Shown: one piece after another, positions 45,924 through 54,234 of the stretch | Numbering within the stretch: position 1 is the stretch's first letter | How the letters are laid out: every line of letters begins with the position of its first letter | Origin: an uncultured SAR86 cluster bacterium | Lineage (GTDB): Bacteria > Pseudomonadota > Gammaproteobacteria > Magnimaribacterales > D2472 | Length of the DNA: 64,000 nucleotides | NCBI GenBank assembly: GCA_902610905.1 | Contig: CACLXS010000004.1 | Location: forward strand, 22,880 to 86,879 | Direction of reading: 5' to 3' | Position numbers and translations under genes: made by a program | Notes under the pieces: generated by a model | The model's database searches: none | What the model was told of the DNA's origin: nothing | Seen by the model: the letters and a program-made list of their open reading frames with translations, nothing else

Positions 45924-47399
45924 TTAGCATGGTATAAGAGTAATTTTTCTCTCTGATGGAAGCACATTCATAATTTTAATTTTTATGTCTTGACCTAGTC
46001 TATATACTCTTCCAGTTCGCTTGCCTTTTAATAAATTAGCATCCCTATCATAAAAATACCTATCTCCAGGCAAGTCTGCAACATGAATTAAGCCCGATAC
46101 ATAAAAATTATCTATTTCAGCAAATAGACCAAAATCTGTGATGCCTGTTACAGTACTATTGAACTCATGGCCAATATATTTTTTTAAATGATGACAAATC
46201 ATTTGTTGAACAACTTGTCTAGAAGATTTTTCAGCATTTCTCTCAAGTTCTGACATATCACCACAAATCTCTTCAATTTTATCCTTGTTAATATCTAAAT
46301 TACCTTTATTAATAATATTCTTTATTAACCTATGAGCCATTAAATCAGGATATCTTCTAATTGGTGAGGTGAAGTGTGAGTATCTATCAAGCTGTAATCC
46401 AAAATGTCCAATTTCTTTGATTGAATATTCAGCTCTTTTTAAACTCTGCAAAACAACAGTTTGAAGAACTTTATTTAATTTATTTTTTGATGAAAATTGA
46501 AGACATTTATTTATTAAGGCAAGAGGAGTATCTTTATTGTGGCTAGAAAAGCCTTTTAATGAAAAAAAAGATTTTAGACTTTCAAGTTTTAATTCCTCAG
46601 GTTTTTCATGAACTCTGTAAACTCCAAATTTATAGTGTTTATGCATGAAGTTAGCTGCACAAACATTAGCTGCCAGCATAGATTCTTCAATCATTTGGTG
46701 GGCATATAACCTATGAGGTAAATCAATGCTGGAAACTTTCCCATCACCATCGATGCTCAGTACGGGTTCCTTACTTTCAATTTCTAATGCTTTCCTTTGA
46801 TTTCTTTTAACTAATAAATTTTTTGTAAGATGGTTAAGCGCATCAAGAGAGGTTTTTATTTTTTTTGAAACATCCGAGTTATTATTTTTGATATATTCTT
46901 CTACTTCTGCGTATGTCATTCTTTTGTGTGACATGATTTTGGCTTGAAAGAATCTATATGATTTTACTGAACCATCTAATGAAAAATTTATTTCACATAC
47001 CAAAACATTGCGAATTTCATCTGGTACCAAGGAACATAAATTATTGGAAATTTTTTCTGGAAGCATTGGTATGACTTTAGATGGAAAGTAAATTGATGTG
47101 CCCCTTTTTTTAGCCTCCTTATCAAGATATGAATTTTCGCTGACTAATTCTGCAACATCAGCAATGGCCACATTAAGCAAAAATCCAGAATCATTTAAAT
47201 TACAAAAAACAGCATCATCAAAATCTTTAGCATCGGCACCATCGATAGTTACAAAAGGTACTTTAGTTAGATCTTTCCTTGGATGATCCTTGGTATTTAA
47301 GTTTAGATCTTTAACTTCTGTATTAACCTCTTCACTCCATTCAGTAGAAATTAAATTTTCTTCAATGACTTGAGAGATAGTGCTTTTAAGATGATTCAT
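45924..47399 (-). CDS. rnr: Ribonuclease R, N-terminally shortened (RNB + S1)
   Basis: TIDGADAKDFDDA, IEESMLAAN, HFGL...YSHFTSPIRRYPDL, C-term S1; rnr-rlmB synteny. Confidence 0.88.
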   Translation of the reverse strand: MNHLKSTISQVIEENLISTEWSEEVNTEVKDLNLNTKDHPRKDLTKVPFVTIDGADAKDFDDAVFCNLNDSGFLLNVAIADVAELVSENSYLDKEAKKRGTSIYFPSKVIPMLPEKISNNLCSLVPDEIRNVLVCEINFSLDGSVKSYRFFQAKIMSHKRMTYAEVEEYIKNNNSDVSKKIKTSLDALNHLTKNLLVKRNQRKALEIESKEPVLSIDGDGKVSSIDLPHRLYAHQMIEESMLAANVCAANFMHKHYKFGVYRVHEKPEELKLESLKSFFSLKGFSSHNKDTPLALINKCLQFSSKNKLNKVLQTVVLQSLKRAEYSIKEIGHFGLQLDRYSHFTSPIRRYPDLMAHRLIKNIINKGNLDINKDKIEEICGDMSELERNAEKSSRQVVQQMICHHLKKYIGHEFNSTVTGITDFGLFAEIDNFYVSGLIHVADLPGDRYFYDRDANLLKGKRTGRVYRLGQDIKIKIMNVLPSERKITLIPC

Positions 47400-47408
47400 T
47401 ATTGAATA

Positions 47409-50000
47409 TTAGTTTCTATACTCAAAACTTATGCCAATAATTCTTCCTCTTGGATCATGAACCCTTGTATCAAAGCTAAAATCTGGAGCATCGTAAAGTC
47501 TCGGTGCTGCTTCATCAAAAACATTAATGACTGATAGCTTGATATCAGTTTCACCTCTATTTGTAATTAACAATTTTTTTACTGAAAGGTCGTGAATCAA
47601 AAAAGAATCAACATAATTGTTATATCCATATGCTGTTCCAAGACTATTGATCGGTCGCTCATTACTATATCCATCAATATATCGTGAATTAAAGTTAAAA
47701 TCGTAATCTTGATATTTCCAATTTAAAAAAGCATTGATTCTATTTTTAGGAAGAGAATGGGTATTAGTATCGTAATTAAATTTACCAACTCTATTTATCA
47801 TAATTTCACCATCTTCATTTCCAAGAGCTGGTGTAAGAAATTCTATTAAAGTTGTTGAATTTATTGATAGTGATAGATTTCCAAATTTATCTGAGCTTGC
47901 TATAAGCCTATTAAAACTTAAATCAAGTCCTGAAACTTCAGTTGACTCTTCATTAAAATAGGTTGTGGTAACCCCAATTAAATCACCACTAGAATTTCTT
48001 GTAATGCTTGGACCATTTGGGTCTGTGTTAAGTATTACTTGTGCACTTTGAGATTCAATTTTATTTTTGTAATCGATATTCCAATAATCAATGCTTAGTC
48101 TATTTTTTTGATTTTCAAAAATAAGTCCAATATTTAAATTCTTAGAGGTTGCAGGCTTAAGGTTCGGGTTGCCGATTTGTGCTTGCCTCACAAACGGTGA
48201 ATTGCCATTAAAATCTCTTACGCTTCCAAGGTTAATATCACTTGAAAACATTTGTGCCATGGAGGGCATAGAAAAAGATGAACTTTTAGAAGCTCTTAAA
48301 GTTATATTTTCAGATGCGATATATTTAAAAGAGATTTTAGGGTCAAATGATGAGTCATTCTCAAACTCTTCAAATCTTCCAGCAATCTTGATATCAATAT
48401 TTTCTATTGGCTTGGGCTGAATTTCAAAAAAACCAGCATATTTACTTCTATTTTTTGAGACGTTTATACCTCCACCTAAAAAGAACAGGTCTGCTGATTT
48501 AATAATCTTGCCATCTGCATCAAATTGAGCTCTGCTAACATCATCATATGAAATTTTAAGCTCCTCATCATTCAATTGAAGACCATATGCTATTTCGTAG
48601 CTATTCATATTAGTTCTAAATATAAAATCAAGAGTTGTTAAAGATGCTTCTTTTGAAGAAACCTCAGCACCTCTTACATAATCAATTAATTCTTGAGAAT
48701 TCTGCGTTGAATCAAAAATATTCCAATACATAAGATTTCCATTAGATTGTCCCATGGTTGTGCCATTTAATGCTTCTAGGAACCTTGAATCGATAATATC
48801 CGGCCTGTAATGATCATTAGAGTGACTGCTAATAGTTAAAGAAGCTTCTAGTTCAGTGCTTTCATTAATATTAGTATTGATTGTCTGACTAAGATTATAT
48901 TGTTTTATATCCTTTGGAGAATATGGGGAATCAAATTCAGATCCAAGAGGACGTCCATACCAAGTAACTGGAACATTAAAAGGATTACCTCCTTGATTAG
49001 GTTGAATTTGTCTCGATAAAAAAGGAAGAGCAGGGTATGAGGGTGACTGAGGGTTATCATTTACTTTAACCGCTGATCCCATAAAGGTTATCTCATAAAC
49101 ATAACTGCTTCTTTCAAACAATAAATTGGCATATGCTTTGGAATGATCTTCATCATTCACTATGTTAAATCTGGTACCATATAAGAATCTGCAACGAGAC
49201 CCATCTAATATGCCACCATTTGCCTCACATTGAGGGTCAGGTACAAATTGATTAGCATCATAATTGCCTGAATATAAACCAGTACTAACAATATCATCAG
49301 CAGAAATCTTAAAGGTTTTACCTAAGCCGCTAAGACCAAGCTCTGCTATTCCAGGTATTTCAGATGCAGACAGAGCTGATCTTTCTAGAATGCTAAGACC
49401 AATTACATAGTTACCATTTTTATACTTAGATCCTAGCAATAACCCTAAGGATTTATCACTCTGACTATAATTTGAAGTTTCAAAGTGATTAATTCTTAAT
49501 TTAAATCCTTCAAAATCTTTCTGAGTTAAAACATTTACAACACCAGCAACGGCGTCAGACCCATACAATGAGGTGGCTCCTTCTTTTAAAACTTCAATTT
49601 GTTTGATTGCTATTTCAGGAACTATGTTTACATCAATATATCCTTCGCCTTGATTAGAGGGTGTTCCAGCAAAAGTATGTCTCTTTGAATTAAGTAGCAA
49701 CAGAGTAGAGGAGTGTTCTAAACCTCTTAAGGTTATTGAGGCCATTCCTTGATCAACTCCCTCAAGTGCATTTGTTTGGAAATGTGAACCAGATGATGAT
49801 GTTAGGTATTTACTAATTTCTGCAAAATTAGAAATATTAAATTTTTCAAAATCTTCTTTAGTTATAACATTTACTGGCGAGGCGTCTTTTTCTGAATTAT
49901 TAATTAATGACCCAGTTGTAACTATCTCTTCAACATTCGAGTTAGTCATGATGAGTGGACTCAATAGTAATAAGTATATGAATTTAATATGTTTAATCAT
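47409..50000 (-). CDS. TonB-dependent receptor, substrate unknown
   Basis: TonB box EEIVTTGS, plug IEVLKEGATSLYGSDAVAGVVN, GNPNLKP, C-term PRGR..; ATG at 50000 preferred. Confidence 0.9.
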   Translation of the reverse strand: MIKHIKFIYLLLLSPLIMTNSNVEEIVTTGSLINNSEKDASPVNVITKEDFEKFNISNFAEISKYLTSSSGSHFQTNALEGVDQGMASITLRGLEHSSTLLLLNSKRHTFAGTPSNQGEGYIDVNIVPEIAIKQIEVLKEGATSLYGSDAVAGVVNVLTQKDFEGFKLRINHFETSNYSQSDKSLGLLLGSKYKNGNYVIGLSILERSALSASEIPGIAELGLSGLGKTFKISADDIVSTGLYSGNYDANQFVPDPQCEANGGILDGSRCRFLYGTRFNIVNDEDHSKAYANLLFERSSYVYEITFMGSAVKVNDNPQSPSYPALPFLSRQIQPNQGGNPFNVPVTWYGRPLGSEFDSPYSPKDIKQYNLSQTINTNINESTELEASLTISSHSNDHYRPDIIDSRFLEALNGTTMGQSNGNLMYWNIFDSTQNSQELIDYVRGAEVSSKEASLTTLDFIFRTNMNSYEIAYGLQLNDEELKISYDDVSRAQFDADGKIIKSADLFFLGGGINVSKNRSKYAGFFEIQPKPIENIDIKIAGRFEEFENDSSFDPKISFKYIASENITLRASKSSSFSMPSMAQMFSSDINLGSVRDFNGNSPFVRQAQIGNPNLKPATSKNLNIGLIFENQKNRLSIDYWNIDYKNKIESQSAQVILNTDPNGPSITRNSSGDLIGVTTTYFNEESTEVSGLDLSFNRLIASSDKFGNLSLSINSTTLIEFLTPALGNEDGEIMINRVGKFNYDTNTHSLPKNRINAFLNWKYQDYDFNFNSRYIDGYSNERPINSLGTAYGYNNYVDSFLIHDLSVKKLLITNRGETDIKLSVINVFDEAAPRLYDAPDFSFDTRVHDPRGRIIGISFEYRN

Positions 50001-50016
50001 GTTATGACGCAAAAAA

Positions 50017-50049
50017 GCGCATTCTACAATATATTTGCTATGAAAGTAA
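50017..50049 (-). promoter_or_regulatory. Putative sigma70 promoter of the TBDR-rnr-rlmB-lpxC-secA run
   Basis: Minus strand TTACTT-17 bp-TAGAAT-GCGC. Confidence 0.45.
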
Positions 50050-50077
50050 TTTAAGAAGATTTTTTGAATTTAAAATT

Positions 50078-50482
50078 TTAAGCTTTTGAAGTATCGTGGC
50101 AGTCACAATTTACTTTTTTACAGATTCTATAGTTTCTGTAATGGCAAGCAATTACCATCAGCGAGCCAATAGTAGTTAAAATTAGTTCTGCATTTTCACC
50201 AATGCTTTCTCCAATTAAAAGCGCTGAAATAAGAATTGTTAATCCAGCAATGCCAGTATAGATAATGGAGTTATTAGGATGATTTTTATATCCCAGGCTA
50301 ATTGCAAAAATGCTAACTGGAATAGTTAAAAGCAATATAGCTTTATGAATAAGCTCACTTTCGACAGTTAATGCTAAAGAGCTATATGAAAGTATTATTA
50401 AAGATGGGGCAAATAGGCAATGAATCATGCACATAGCTGAAAACGACATTGCAAATTTATCTGATATTAGTTGTGATTTCAT
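50078..50482 (-). CDS. MerC-domain membrane protein (probable metal transporter)
   Basis: DK.A...S.MCMIHC..P in TM1, four TM segments, H in TM2, H..N and CxxxxCxCH at the C-term; no mer operon nearby. Confidence 0.8.
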   Translation of the reverse strand: MKSQLISDKFAMSFSAMCMIHCLFAPSLIILSYSSLALTVESELIHKAILLLTIPVSIFAISLGYKNHPNNSIIYTGIAGLTILISALLIGESIGENAELILTTIGSLMVIACHYRNYRICKKVNCDCHDTSKA

Positions 50483-50488
50483 AATATT

Positions 50489-50523
50489 AAAAAACCCCCA
50501 AACCTTATTTAAAGTGAGGGGGC
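50489..50523 (-). terminator. Probable intrinsic terminator after the His-rich receptor
   Basis: Minus strand GCCCCC-TC-ACTT-TAAATA-AGGT-TT-GGGGGT followed by a T-tract. Confidence 0.6.
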
Positions 50524-50547
50524 CTATATTAATTGAAAAAATCTAAT

Positions 50548-52779
50548 TTAGTAAGTTAAATTAAATTTAATTCCATAGTTTCTTCCCGGAAGAGGAACTT
50601 CATTCTTAACAAAAGAAGCATGATTTCTTGCAACTTCATCTAGAAGATTTCTTCCGAATAGTGAAACTTTAAGCTTACTTTTTCCACTTAAATCAAATGT
50701 CTTAGTCAGCCTTGTGTCCAGCATTTGATATCCAGCAGTAGCTGTTTCGCCTTCACCAACATCATTTTGTTTTTCAACATCTTTTAAATGTAACTTAAAG
50801 ACTATGTCATCTTGAGCATATGAAAGTAAGTAAACATTTCTTGCAGGATTTATTCTTGGTACGTTATGACCATCTGTAAATTGAGCATTTACAACATCTC
50901 TACCAAAAGATAATGTCATTTCACCAGCACCCAAATCAAATGTTCTTCCAAATTCGATTTCATATCCATCAAACTCAGCATCTTCTTGAACATAATTAGC
51001 ATGAATGAGATTGCCATGACCATGGTCGTCTCCATGATCATCATCGTCATGATGCTCGTCTTCATCTTCATGATGCTCTTCCTCATTATGCTCATCTTCA
51101 TGACCTTCGTCTTCATCAATTAGAGCAATATAGTTATCTACATCATTAATAAAGAAGCTTGCATATGCAAAATATTCTCCGTTATCAAAATTTAATGAAA
51201 TATCAAAATTATTTGAAGTTTCAGAAGTTAGAGTAGGATCTCCTACTTCAAATCTACCTGTAGCATTATGAGGACCATTCATAAATAATTCAATTACAGA
51301 TGGCAGCCTCTCTACGCTAGAATAGCCGAGGTTTAACTCTAATGTATCAGAAAGATCTCTGCCAATACTGACAGCAAAGTTTGAAACATCATCATCTATA
51401 GTAAAATTATCTACATCGCCATGATCTTCATCAGTAACACTTCCAGTTCTTGTAACTTGATCTAATCTAATTCCCAAATCTACATGAAACATATCAAAAT
51501 CTTGACCTACAAAATAACCAAGTGTTAGCACTTCATTGTTTGCGGGATTCATGAATGCCTCTTCTCCAACTATTGAAGAATCTTCATCAATATAATTAAA
51601 TGATAATTTTTGAGTTCTTATGTCATTTGAGATATCAAAAATCGTACTATATTCAGTGGCATTGTTAGCAAAAACTGTTGGAGCATGTTCTTCATGTTCC
51701 TCTTCGCCTTCATGTTCATCATGTCCCTCTTCTTCGGCATGCGCTTCAGTTAAGGTGTAGTCAGTATCTCTATATGTATAGTCAATTTTGTTAATTAAAT
51801 TGCCATTGAGATTATAGGAACCTTTTATAGTAAAGCTTTCAGAATCTGTTGTTGAGAAAATTCTTTCCTCACCATGTTCATCGTGATGCTCATCTTCATC
51901 ATGCTCATCTTCGTCATGATGATCTTCATCACCATGCTCATCTCCATGTTCGTCACCATGGAAAGGGATTCCATATAAACTTTCAAGGTTGTCCACTGAA
52001 ACACCAACATAACCCCAGTCACCTGCTCTTGAAATACCAAATTTAGTAGCCTCTACAGCAAAGTCAGAATTATTAACAAATCCGAGATTTTCTTCATGCT
52101 CATCTTCGTCGTGATGATCTTCATTACCATGATCATCGTGTTCTTCCTCTTCATGCATTATCGCACCATTAGGAATATCATAATTTCCAAATTCAGTATT
52201 TTTATAACCAACATTGACGTTAAAGCCATTGAAATTATTTTTAAAGTTAATGAATTCAGATGAACCATCATTCACTGATTGAGTTTCATAACCAACTTTC
52301 AATTCAGGAAGCTCGTAATTCATTGCTGCGATGAAGTCATCTACAACATTAATGATTCCACCAATAGTTCCATTGGCATAGAGTAATGATGATGGACCCT
52401 TAACAATTTCTATTTGTTCAATATCATTAAGATCAACATCATTTAAATGATCGGCGCCAAGACCAGAAACATCTCTATTCACCATTCCATTTTTTAGAAT
52501 TTTTACTCTAGGTCCTGACATGCCTCTAATTATTGGCTGTCCAACAGCAGCACCATAATCTGCAATAGAAACTCCAAGATAGCTATCAATAGCATCTCCT
52601 AGGCTTGTTGTTGCATCATCGATAATCTCATCGCCGTCTATAACGTACAATGGATTTGTAATTTCGGTTGTGTCTATCAAAGCAGACGTAACCACGATAA
52701 TTTCTTCAACATCTTGTGAAGCGATTTCGTTTGTGTGTATAGCACCTAATATTATTAATGTGCTTAAAAATTTTTTCAT
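50548..52779 (-). CDS. ZnuD-like TonB-dependent metal receptor with His/Asp/Glu-rich loops
   Basis: Plug QPIIRGMSGPRV...DVS....DH, KGPSSLLY, ELFMNGPHNATGRFEVG, RNHASF...PGRN resemble the ZnuD family; four His-acidic tracts; SD AGGAGG. Confidence 0.85.
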   Translation of the reverse strand: MKKFLSTLIILGAIHTNEIASQDVEEIIVVTSALIDTTEITNPLYVIDGDEIIDDATTSLGDAIDSYLGVSIADYGAAVGQPIIRGMSGPRVKILKNGMVNRDVSGLGADHLNDVDLNDIEQIEIVKGPSSLLYANGTIGGIINVVDDFIAAMNYELPELKVGYETQSVNDGSSEFINFKNNFNGFNVNVGYKNTEFGNYDIPNGAIMHEEEEHDDHGNEDHHDEDEHEENLGFVNNSDFAVEATKFGISRAGDWGYVGVSVDNLESLYGIPFHGDEHGDEHGDEDHHDEDEHDEDEHHDEHGEERIFSTTDSESFTIKGSYNLNGNLINKIDYTYRDTDYTLTEAHAEEEGHDEHEGEEEHEEHAPTVFANNATEYSTIFDISNDIRTQKLSFNYIDEDSSIVGEEAFMNPANNEVLTLGYFVGQDFDMFHVDLGIRLDQVTRTGSVTDEDHGDVDNFTIDDDVSNFAVSIGRDLSDTLELNLGYSSVERLPSVIELFMNGPHNATGRFEVGDPTLTSETSNNFDISLNFDNGEYFAYASFFINDVDNYIALIDEDEGHEDEHNEEEHHEDEDEHHDDDDHGDDHGHGNLIHANYVQEDAEFDGYEIEFGRTFDLGAGEMTLSFGRDVVNAQFTDGHNVPRINPARNVYLLSYAQDDIVFKLHLKDVEKQNDVGEGETATAGYQMLDTRLTKTFDLSGKSKLKVSLFGRNLLDEVARNHASFVKNEVPLPGRNYGIKFNLTY
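51001..52155 (-). repeat. Four low-complexity CAT/GAT/GAA-codon tracts encoding His/Asp/Glu loops
   Basis: Tracts at ~51001-51117, ~51685-51741, ~51867-51960 and ~52090-52155, e.g. HGDEHGDEHGDEDHHDEDEHDEDEHHDEH. Confidence 0.85.
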
Positions 52780-52781
52780 AA

Positions 52782-52847
52782 GAACTCCTCCTATAAATAA
52801 AAAATAAAAATTTAAAATATAAAAAATTTATTTTTTTGGTGGAGCTC
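52782..52847 (-). promoter_or_regulatory. Predicted mRNA hairpin pairing the RAPP codons with the receptor Shine-Dalgarno
   Basis: mRNA GAGCUCCACC (52847-52838) pairs with GGAGGAGUUC (52791-52782): 9 of 10 pairs including one G-U; can extend through A-tract/U-tract pairing. Confidence 0.65.
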
Positions 52848-53106
52848 GAGATAGATAGTTACTCTGATTTTTTAAAGAAGAATTATCAGGGGCTAATTCT
52901 TCAACAAAAGAAATTTGAATTAATTCACTGACTTCAGAATCAGCATTTTGAAGATCAAAAGCTTTATTTTCACAAAGTTGACATTCAACAATAGATTCAG
53001 ACTGATGCTCATCAATATGATCATGAAGTAAAGTATCAGCAGAAAGAGATGCAATGAAAAAAATTCCAAAAAATAAAATTAGTTTTGATTTGATATATTT
53101 ATTCAT
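52828..53106 (-). CDS. DUF2946/CruR/CutF-like leader peptide with CxxC and C-terminal RAPP arrest motif
   Basis: Hydrophobic N-term, HDHIDEH, CQLC, ends YLSRAPPKK; 48 bp upstream of a metal TBDR. Confidence 0.75.
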   Translation of the reverse strand: MNKYIKSKLILFFGIFFIASLSADTLLHDHIDEHQSESIVECQLCENKAFDLQNADSEVSELIQISFVEELAPDNSSLKNQSNYLSRAPPKK

Positions 53107-53111
53107 GCAAA

Positions 53112-54164
53112 TTAATGTTTGAGACAGACCAACCCTTTAATGTTACCTGACTTAAGATCAGCAAGTGTATCACTTGCTTGTGAGGCAGGTCTAGTCTCTA
53201 CTTCTATAGGTTCAATTTTACCAGATCGTACAAGTTCCATAAGCTCATTCATCTCTTTTAAACTTCCTACGTATGCACCTTTAATAGTCCTAGCTGTAAA
53301 AGTATGAAGAGGTAGTTGGAGGTTAAAATTACCTCCAATTAATCCAACTAGAATATACAAACCGCCTTTATTAATACCAAATAGACCATACCCAAAAGAT
53401 ATTGAGCTTTGTGATCCAACAAAATCAATAATTTTTGTAACTTTGCCTCCAGATAATCTTATGATCTCTTCAGAAGCATTTTCACTTTTTGAATTTATTA
53501 CATTATTTGCACCAGCTTTTTTAGCAACATCTAGCTTTTTATCATCAATGTCTATAACTATTGTCTTAACGTTATATGCTGCTTGTGCAATTTTTAATGC
53601 TAACAATCCCATTCCACCAGCACTAATTATTACAATACTTTCACCGTCCTTGATTTCTGCTTTCTTTAAAGCACTATATGCAGTTAAGCCTCTGCATGCA
53701 TAACTTCCGGCTAATTCTTCTGGAGTTTCTCCAGCATCAAAAAGATATTTTGCATCTTTTACTAAAACGTATTCACCATAACCACCGTCAACAGAAACAC
53801 CAATATTTTCAGCAGTGAAAGGTGAACAATAGTGCTCCATATCATTTTGGCATTCATTACAGCTGCCACAACCAATCCAAGGATATACAACGTATTTTTT
53901 GCCAATTTGTATGTTTGTAACTTTGTCTCCAACTTCTACAACTTCTCCAAAAACCTCATGGCCCATTGCTAGGTTCTCAGTCACTCTTGATGGAATATGA
54001 GTTTTATCACCCAAGTCAAAATAACCATCATGAATATGTATATCTGTATGGCAGACACCGCACGAGATTGTCTTTATTAGAATCTCTTTACCCGTAGGAG
54101 AGGGCTCATCTATTTGTTGTTCTTCAAGAGGTTCCCCATTTTTAACAACTTTATATGACTTCAT
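53112..54164 (-). CDS. Zinc-dependent alcohol dehydrogenase (MDR family)
   Basis: CGVCHTD, GHE, structural CGSCNEC...C, Rossmann-like SAGGMG. Confidence 0.92.
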   Translation of the reverse strand: MKSYKVVKNGEPLEEQQIDEPSPTGKEILIKTISCGVCHTDIHIHDGYFDLGDKTHIPSRVTENLAMGHEVFGEVVEVGDKVTNIQIGKKYVVYPWIGCGSCNECQNDMEHYCSPFTAENIGVSVDGGYGEYVLVKDAKYLFDAGETPEELAGSYACRGLTAYSALKKAEIKDGESIVIISAGGMGLLALKIAQAAYNVKTIVIDIDDKKLDVAKKAGANNVINSKSENASEEIIRLSGGKVTKIIDFVGSQSSISFGYGLFGINKGGLYILVGLIGGNFNLQLPLHTFTARTIKGAYVGSLKEMNELMELVRSGKIEPIEVETRPASQASDTLADLKSGNIKGLVCLKH

Positions 54165-54234
54165 AATAGAATTTAAACATTAAAAATATTTTTTAGATTA
54201 TAGTGTATAAACTTTTTTTATTTATACTATTGGT

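Noticed and set aside
50916-52046. Met-rich and His-rich short ORFs (50916-51119, 51825-52040, 51849-52046) that look like metal-binding peptides
   Set aside because: They are alternate-frame or antisense readings of the CAT/GAT/GAA tracts inside the receptor gene
54165-54234. Possible Zur/Fur box in the adh-amidohydrolase divergent gap
   Set aside because: Only a weak AT-rich inverted repeat (GTATAAA...TTTATAC); no match by eye to TGTTAT-N-ATAACA or GATAAT-type boxes. A PWM scan would be needed to exclude it fully
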